Assembly: GCF_009914755.1 (NCBI RefSeq)
Contig: NC_060927.1
DNA length: 64,000 nt
Direction: 5' to 3' (one strand)
DNA from: the human T2T-CHM13v2.0 reference genome, Homo sapiens
Both the position numbers and the translations under genes were made by a program. The notes under the pieces are model-generated. The model saw only the letters and a list, made by a program, of their open reading frames with translations. It did no database searches and had not been told where the DNA came from. Below are positions 56,120-64,000 of the stretch, one piece after another; the stretch's first letter is position 1, and each line of letters begins with the position of its first letter.

Positions 56120-56413
56120 GGCCAGACGTGGTGGCTCACGCCTGTAATCCCAGCACTTTGGGAGGCTGAGGCAGGCACATCACGAGGTCAGGAGATCAAG
56201 ACCATCCTAACTAACACAGAGAAACCCGTCTCTACTAAAAATACAAAAAAAAATTAGCCGGGTGTGGTGGCAGGTGCCTGTAGTCCCAGCAACTTAGGAG
56301 GCTGAGGCGGGAGAATGGCGTGAACCCGGGAGGCGGAGCTTGCAATGAGCCAAGATCGCACCACTGTACTCCAGCCTGGGCGACAGAGCGAGACTCTGTC
56401 TCAAAAAAAAAAA
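56120..56413 (+). mobile_element. Alu (AluY-like)
   Basis: Dimeric Alu; flanks aaagaaatttgt and aaagaaatgtgt. Confidence 0.92.
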
Positions 56414-59400
56414 AGAAATGTGTTCCCTGTTTTCTTTTCCTAAACTGTGCCAGAGGCCAGGGCAGGAAGAATGGGGAGAGCCTGTGGCTAGGGCTTTGCT
56501 CCTCCCGGGATCTGGGATCTGGTGAGGGGTCACACTCTCACCCATTCACAATCTGAGCACATTGCCTTGGGCCCTGCATGAGGAGAACAGCAGGGCTCCC
56601 TGGCCAAACCCCAAGTTCTCCCTTCAGTTTCACAAAGCAGCTGCCACATGAATGACGTTTTACATATTGTTCTCTGCTAGTTCATGGGCGTGGACAAATT
56701 TGGTGACTGTGAGGGGAGGGTCCCTTTCAGCTGATGACTTTGGGTTGTGTTTCTCAATATCTTTACTATGACTGCTGTTGGTGTGAGGAGATACTTTGAT
56801 TGGGTTGGAAAAGGCTCTGCCTTGCACAGCTGTGTCTCTGAGCACATTGCTGTCTCTGAAGTTGGTCAGGGCAAGCCACTGGGATTTGGGGAGCAGAAGT
56901 GGACCTGTCAATGAAAGCAGCATTCCAGACAAAGCAAGAATGGCACCACCGTTTATTGCTGCCAGTCTATCTGAAATTCCGTGAGTCTTTCTGGGTTTTT
57001 GGAGATAAGTGCACCAGAGTTAAATTAAATCATTTAATTTCCAGGAGTGATAGGCATAGGGACACATTACTCAAATGGATCTGGAATCCCATTTTTTTCC
57101 AAGAAATCTTTCTTGATTCATTGGATGAGTGGCTATAATGGACATATCTTCCTATTAATTGCCAACAGCACCCCCAGCTCCCAAATTCATTCTTTTGTCT
57201 ATGTGTAGAGGTAACAGCCCTTATCAGATGTTACATTTGTTTAATTGGTGACTGTGTGGCTGTGATTTAATCTAAGTTTCCAGGGAGCTATGGGTTAGAT
57301 GCCAAGCTCACTACCTTGAGCAGACAGGGACTGCTGGAGAGGAGGGTGGGGTGAGCTCCCTGAGACCCAACGAGAGCCTGGGAACTGGCTGCCATTATTG
57401 TGTTGGCTGTCCCAGGGCTCTGGGAGTCTGCCACAGGCTGTCCTGGCATCTGTGTGGTGTCTGTGTAACTCCCCCACATGCTGGAAAGGTAGGGCCCCAC
57501 ATGTCTTGGTGCCATGCCAGAGCGTGGGCTGCAGCAGGACAGAGGTCGTTTGGCAGAGCTGGCATTAACTCCCTAGGGATGCTGGAGAGCCTTAGGAGCA
57601 CAGGCAGGTGTCCAGAGGCAGAGCAGAAGTCCAGCCAGGCCCAGATGGGCAGGCAGGACGTAAAGGTCAGATGAGCAGGTGTGGAGAATCAGAGAAGGCA
57701 GGAAAGGTCTGAGGGTTCGTTCTTGACAGTTAAAGCAAATTGAAGGACCAAAGTCGGTGAGGACAGCAGGGTACAATGGTGAATGCACCCAGCAAGGAGA
57801 AGAGACCTGAGTGCTCTTGCAGTGCAGCCCTGACTCCAGGATGTGATCCGGGAGCCTGCACTTTCCTTTGCTCTCCAGCCTCAATCTCAATTTGTCAAAT
57901 CAGAGGGCTGGCCTAGAGACTCTATAAAGTCCCTTTTGACAATGGTATCTTAGGGGCTTGAGGGTCCATGAATCATCCTTTCAGTCCTGGAGGAGGCCCT
58001 AGAGCTCTAGAGTCACCAATTGTTTGTCACTAAAGGGAGGGACCTAGGAATTCCAGTGTTTTCCAGCATTTCAAAAATAACAAAATCATATCTATACCTA
58101 CAAAAGGACCACAACAGATGATCACTTAAACTACAGTTTGATAGCAGAGTTTGGGAGGAAATATAATAAAGAGATATTCTTTATGGTACAAAGTTTGAGG
58201 AACTGATCAAATTTAACCATCTCATTTTATATATGAAGAAAATGAGATCCAGAGAGGAAAACTCATTTGCCCAAGGACACCTAGGAAGTTAACAGAACAA
58301 GAATCAGAAGATTCCAGTTTTCTAACAACCCAGTTCCGAGCTTTTACTGCCCCAACCTCGTCTCCCCTCCCTGGCTTATGTGCCAGTATCGCTTGTAGAG
58401 AACAGGACCTGAGCTGTTGAAAAATGTTCTAGCCTTCCTTTCTCTGATAAATAGATTTCATCTAGCAGCTTTCCCTTCTAGCCATGCCAGATACCAGTGG
58501 CTTCGAGTGTGAACTAATCCAGTAGCCCTAGAGAGATGTGTTTCCTCTGCTGCTGATGCACTGGGGATGGGAGTGTAGGTGTGTATGTGACTGGATTGAG
58601 CAGGAAAGTCCTGTATTTCCTGTGGAAAGGGCATAGTTTCTACAGAGCCTGAAAGGCAGCTACTTGCAGGAATAAGGAGAGTTATGGATTGGAAATGAAG
58701 GGGCCTTGCTGTGAACCTGGCTCAACTACTGTGTGACTTTGGGCAAGTGACCTCTCTGGGCCTCAGCTTCTTCATTTATAAGATGGAGCGGGGTGGGGGA
58801 GCCCAGGTGTGCACTAAGAAAGCCTTTCAACCCTGACACTGTAAGTATGTGTACTTTGCCCCTTCCCCATGGAGCTATTCCAGTTTCTCATATGTAGGCA
58901 AAGGGTCCAGTAAGTTCAGTCCCTCGTTAGGTAGTAAGTCCCAGAAAGACTGGGCCTGTCTATCCCACATACCATGACCATTCTAATCTTCCTGAAGAAC
59001 AGCTTCATTTTATGATGCCTCCTGCTCAAATTCTTGGTGATTCCATACTGCTTACTGGAAAAATCCATCATTCCTTTGCCTGACGTTTGAACTTCCAAGA
59101 CTTGGCCCATGTCACCTATCCAGCTTCATGCCTTGCGATCACTCAGAGATGCAGGTGTGGAAAGTCAGAGACCCAATTTTTGGTCCCAGCTTCACCTTGC
59201 AGTTCTGTGACTATAGGCAAGTTTTGTAACCTCTCTGGGCCCCATATGTAAAATGAATATGATAAAATACTAGTTCATCAATTTGATTTGAAACATCATT
59301 ACAATTGAGAAAGGTAATTGAATTTTAGCTCACTCTCTTTCCCTTCCCCAACTAATGCGTATCATATCCTTGGAAATAGGAATTGTACACTTCTTTTATA

Positions 59401-59525
59401 TCCTCACAATGCTTACCATAAAGTCCTCCACAGAGCAAATGCTCAATAAATATTTGATGAGTTGATGTTTCATCTGTTTCAGAAGTTATCTAAGATAAGC
59501 TGTAACATTTGCTTTTCTTTTGCAG

Positions 59526-59615
59526 TTTGCCCAGCTGGTCGCTATCTATAAGACACTGGGAGGAGAAAAGTTCCCTCTCATTGAACAGACATACTACCCC
59601 AACCACAAAGAGATG
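59526..59615 (+). CDS. SYN2: Synapsin II exon 5, 90 bp: FAQLVAIYKTLGGEKFPLIEQTYYPNHKEM
   Basis: Acceptor tttgcttttctttttgcag; donor ATG|gtaagt at 59616. Phase 0-0; continues ...DKPWV|FAQ... as in synapsins. Confidence 0.97.
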
Positions 59616-61349
59616 GTAAGTGGCTCAGTGGGGACATTAGTCTTTCTGCTGTTTTCATTTTGCACTTAGCCACCTGGTTATTGTGGGGCTCTGAAAAGGG
59701 CCTCAGCATCTCAACCCCAAAGACTCCACTGGGGTTGAACTATAGAGCTTATGCGGCTGGAATAACTAGATTTTAGCTGACAGCCTCTTGTCAAATTCTG
59801 GAGATAGAATAGGGAAAAACAGGAGTAAGGGCAGTTTAATCAAGCTGAGAGAATAACAAACTTCTGGACCAACAATCAGATCTCACTGCTTTTGAGTCCC
59901 AGCCCTGGCTCTGCCACTTGTCATTGAACAAGCTGCATTTCCTCACTGTGTGCAGTTTCCAATAAGACGGTCAAGTGGGCATATTTATCCCTGCACAGGA
60001 TATTCTAATATGGTACAGACACAATTTAAGTGAGATTCATTAAGTAATAGCTTCTGGGAAAGTGTGAAGCATCTACTAGATGTAAGGCATTGCTCCTACT
60101 ATTATTAATCCCCTGACTCTCCCATTCCCCTGGCGCTTCCACAACTGTGATAAGGCTGGGTTAACACTGTGCCTTCTCTGAGGCCATCCTAGTAAGTCAG
60201 AAGGAGCAGAGAGATGGGACGGTTGGTTGGTAAGGAGGCTATTGCCAATGTTTTTCCCGTGCAGGGACCTGGAGCTCAAACTCCCTTCTTCTTCCCTGTC
60301 CCCACACCCTCTGCCCCAGGCTGGTGTGATCAATTGGTGATCGTGCTTAACCCACCAATGGAGACTCCCTGCGAAGCATTCCAAGTGGAACAGAGATTAT
60401 GTTTGTGCCCGCCTCCCCACTTCCTTGGCCAAAAGGGGTCTCCATTTACACCATTTCTGCAAATCAAGAGCCTTCTGACACATTGTGCATGGCCCTGCTC
60501 ACCAGCAGACCACATATCAAAAAACAACCTTGGGCATTGAAAAGAACCATCTCTGTCATCTTTGCCAGAGCTTCCCCAGGGAGAAGCTCTGAAACTCTAA
60601 GCTCTTGTCCTTAATAAATCCTAGAGGCCAATATCAGGACTTTTCCTTTCAGGGCAAGCCAGGAAGCCTTGCAGAGGCTGAGGAGCCCTGAGGGTCCTTT
60701 GGTTGGGGAATCTCAGGGAGCCCAAGGCACAATGGTGAGAGTACTCAGCTGAAGGGTACAGGGGGCTCTCTGGGGATCAAAACTGGCTTTTTCCTGCTGT
60801 AGCATCTAGCAGGGCTGGCTGCTGGAAAAAAACTGCCTTAATTGCCAGGTATATTCCCTACCTACCGTGCTTTCCCCTCAAGGGCCTTTGTGTTATTTCT
60901 CTCCGGTGCTCTATCCTGAAATTTGCCCTCAAGAGAGGACCACCTCTCTGTGGTGTAAAAAGCCAACAAAGGGGGATTTCAGCTCTGTAAGAAAAAGGCT
61001 TTGTGGCTTTTAAAAAGTTCTGAAATAGGAATGAAGATGTTAGTAATTTAAAAGAGACAGAAGAGAAGCCTTATGGACATCAGTTGAGGGCATTAAGGAT
61101 AGTTAACTTGGAGAGGTAGTACCTATTCTGAGACAGTAAGTGCATTCTTATTCAAAGAGGTGTGCTAACCAGGTGGGACCCTCTGCCAGAAATGGTATAG
61201 AGGGGATAACAGCATTGGAAGGCAGGTTAGTCCATTCTGGCTCTCACATTGAGTGATTCTGTGTCTCCCAAATGACTCCCCCAAACAGATGAAAGTGTAT
61301 CAGAGGATTAGGATGAGTTGAGACAGGGGAAGTAGAGGATACACAGCCA

Positions 61350-61803
61350 CAGTATGTTCTTGTTTTCATTCCTGCCAGTCAGCCTGTTTATGATGCTGTC
61401 AAACCACCTTCTGATATTGTACATCGCAAGGATATACCATCTCATGTGTATGACATTCGCCATTTCTCCCCTACCAGATCGATTAAGACAAAGGAAAACA
61501 CATATTCCTGGGGAGGAAAGGGAATAGTCCTGGCTTTAGAAAACAGACTAAGCCAGAAGAAACACTTGCAGTAACAGCTACAAGGCTAGACTAATGGGGT
61601 TTGGGAGGCAGGGGCAACAGGCTGAGGGCAGGGCAGAAAAGTCATGGCCCCTTCCCTGCCTTGACAGTGGCCAGACTGTCCACTTGGCACTTCTTATTAG
61701 CTGGCAGCAAGAGGTCAGGTGGTAATGGCCAAAGCTCTGCAGGGAAGGAGAACTGGCTTGATCTTCAGGACTCTTGAAGGGATGTGATGGTCACTGGTCC
61801 CTA
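61350..61803 (-). other. TIMP4: TIMP4 3' UTR (3' end approximate)
   Basis: Follows the stop codon. Variant poly(A) hexamers CATAAA (61387-61392) and AATGAA (61365-61370) on the minus strand, followed by a GU-rich element (tgtggctgtgt). The end is inferred. Confidence 0.7.
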
Positions 61804-62001
61804 CTAGGGCTGAACGATGTCAACAAACTCCTTCCTGAGAGGCAGGTGGCCCCGGTACCAGCTGCAGGTGCCGTCAACATGCTTCATACAGACATAATGC
61901 TGAGCCTGGTAACCATAGAGCTTTCGTTCCAACAGCCAGTCTGTCCAGAGGCACTCGTTAGGGGCCGAGATGGTACAGGGTACTGTGTAGCAGGTGGTGA
62001 T
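61804..62001 (-). CDS. TIMP4: TIMP4 terminal coding exon: ITTCYTVPCTISAPNECLWTDWLLERKLYGYQAQHYVCMKHVDGTCSWYRGHLPLRKEFVDIVQP*
   Basis: Acceptor ...tgactctag at 62002. 65 codons plus TAG (61804-61806), immediately followed by a second TAG (61801-61803). TIMP C-terminal ECLWTD motif. Confidence 0.96.
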   Translation of the reverse strand: MTTCYTVPCTISAPNECLWTDWLLERKLYGYQAQHYVCMKHVDGTCSWYRGHLPLRKEFVDIVQP

Positions 62002-62615
62002 CTAGAGTCATGGCCACACAACATTAAAGTGAGTAGGGTGTCCTTCTTTTTCCATTGCTGCCTTTCAGATTCCTACGTACCTTTCCAGCCCATCTCAAAT
62101 GCCCCCTATCTTATCAAGCCTTTCCCAGTCCCCAGTCTTCTCCTGGATTCTCCTTCCCCAAGGTTCCCCATATTCAATATTGCCACTTAGTGGCATCTCT
62201 GGAGTCAGACAGCTCTGAGGGTCCTTACTCTACCACTGACCTTGAGCACTTCACTTGCCAGAGCTTTCATTTCTTCACCTTAAAATGGAAATCTTAATTC
62301 TTCATAAATATGTTTTGGAGACTAAATTAAACATTTACAGTAAATTTACTATTACAGTGGCTGGCAAAGAATAGACTCTCTTTAAAGGGTAGCTGTGTTA
62401 CAGTTATCTCGGTCTGCCTCCTGTGATGGCCACCTTCCCAGCCAAAGTGTAAGTACTTTGAGATCAGGGCCTATAGACTGTATTGCTTTCTCATCCCCAA
62501 CTTCATACAGTGCAGATCTCAAGTATAGTCTAGTAAGTGAATAAATTCATGCATGAATGAAGGCTCAGAACCCTTCCCCCATCCCTAAAGACTTTGGAAA
62601 TGGACATTCCCTTAC

Positions 62616-62740
62616 TTGGCAGCCACAGTTCAGATGGTAGTGATGATTCAGACTTTCCCTCTGCACCAAGGACAGGTCCTCCCAGGGCTCGATGTAGTTG
62701 CACAGATGGATGAAGACTTTTCCATCACTGAGGACCTGAC
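62616..62740 (-). CDS. TIMP4: TIMP4 penultimate coding exon (exon 4), 125 bp: (G)QVLSDGKVFIHLCNYIEPWEDLSLVQRESLNHHYHLNCGCQ
   Basis: Minus-strand acceptor tctccccttgaag (CT at 62741-62742 on +) and donor gtaag (cttac 62611-62615). TIMP cysteine pattern; also visible inside ORF 62565..62771. Confidence 0.96.
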
Positions 62741-64000
62741 CTTCAAGGGGAGATGGAGGAGAGTCAAGCATCAGGATTCTTCTCCTGGAGCCCCAGGGGC
62801 CCAGGTCCTTGAAAAGCCCAGAATTGCAGCCTCCCCAATGACTTTGGTGGCAGTGGTGGCATGGGGCTCAGTGAAGGGACCAATAAATAAAACTACTATA
62901 ATCTTTCTAGCAAAAAGATAAGCAGATTATGTTTGTACGAGGCAGAGTTGTGGGATCTGGTGAAGGCCTTTTCGTTTAGCATGGTACAGAGAGAAGAATG
63001 TGGTCTTTAAAGTCAAAGTCTGTGTGGGATCCCCCTTTCTTTTCTGTCATTTACTAGCTGAATGATCTTAAGGAAGTTGTATAACCTCTCAGCTGGAAGA
63101 TGAAAATTATAAAGTTGTCAGATTAAATGAGAGATTGTCTATAAAGTTCCCAGCACAGTTGTGGTCCCACAGAAGATATTCAATAAATAATAGGTCCCTT
63201 CCCCTTTCCAGCCCTTCCCAGTATCTGCACAGGCCAGGCTCCTGCTCTAGATTGGTGAGTCTTTTACCTTCCCCATAGGAAATTTCCCCCTTTTTACCTA
63301 TGAAGCTCCTTTTCACCTTTCAAAGACCCTTTCAGTGCCACCTCAAAGCCATCTCTGACCACCTAGCTAGCCCATGCCTCTTTTAGAACCTCAGTCGCTC
63401 AATCATTTACTCACTGAGTGACTGCTGTGATCTAGTACCAGGAATACAGATATAAAAATGACAGGATCTCTGCTCCCAAGGAGCTTAGAAATGAGTAGGG
63501 TAGATGGATAAGTAGGGAAAAATTACACTATTGTGTGGTTCTATACAAAGTGCAGTATAAGAACAAAGGAACATACAATTATTTCCATCTATGGAAGGAG
63601 TGTGGGGCAAAGAAGGTGTCTCAGAGAAGACTGTGCTTGCATTGGGCCTTGAAGGGATGAGTGGGAGTCTGCCTACCAAACAGGTTGGGGGAAGGGTTTC
63701 CTGTCATTGCCACTATCCTGTGCAGAGGCAGGGAGACACAGCCTGGCAGCATACCTTCTGCAACCACAGGTAGCTGAGTTCAGTTCTTGGGAAAGTGAGG
63801 GGCTGGGAACTGATATTGACAAAGCTAGAGAGGGCAGCAGTGTTCTGGTCACAAAGAGCTTTCAACACCAGGCAAAGGAGCTTGTGCCTTCTCCTGTAGG
63901 ACCTGGGCACCATTGATAACTTTTCTTAGACTATTTTTTGTCATTTCTCCCCACCCTCAGTTAGACTTGACCTCCCTGAAGGCAGGGAACATGTTTCCTC

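Noticed and set aside
61455-62034. Plus-strand pseudo-exon antisense to TIMP4 (acceptor at 61477, donor at 62029)
   Set aside because: At about 550 nt it is too long for an internal exon, and the sites are explainable as by-products of TIMP4 sequence.
61774-62190. 138-aa plus-strand ORF
   Set aside because: It is the antisense shadow of the TIMP4 terminal exon, has a non-ATG start, and has no independent evidence.
62616-62921. 101-aa plus-strand ORF
   Set aside because: Antisense to TIMP4 exon 4; non-ATG start.

Overview
Primate (very likely human) genomic DNA. The window covers the 3' part of the long first intron of synapsin II (SYN2, + strand) and four SYN2 coding exons of the C-domain: 48952-49009, 50205-50296, 53979-54135 and 59526-59615. 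The last two exons of TIMP4 (62616-62740 and ~61355-62001) are nested on the - strand in the following SYN2 intron. The rest is typical intronic sequence: about 20 Alu/FLAM elements, old and younger L1 fragments, MaLR/ERVL LTRs (MLT1, MLT2, THE1), L2/MIR and hAT MITEs. Nearly all ORFs in the supplied track are repeat-derived or chance ORFs. The most unusual items: (1) a perfect 46-bp inverted repeat at 13749-13848 whose left arm is a complete 29-nt cryptic micro-exon (acceptor in the arm, donor at the loop); (2) a local partial duplicate of SYN2 exon 4 at 55181-55366 that lost the original donor but has alternative sites defining an in-frame 90-nt candidate cassette exon upstream of a UG tract; (3) a THE1 element with no 5' LTR and an inverted internal segment but an intact 5-bp target-site duplication; (4) a textbook recursive-splice-site motif and a bipartite CTCF motif in intron 1. 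Gene identities, exon numbers and repeat subfamilies come from my recall of the protein and consensus sequences, not from a database search. Repeat boundaries are approximate. I found no prokaryotic-type system (CRISPR etc.).
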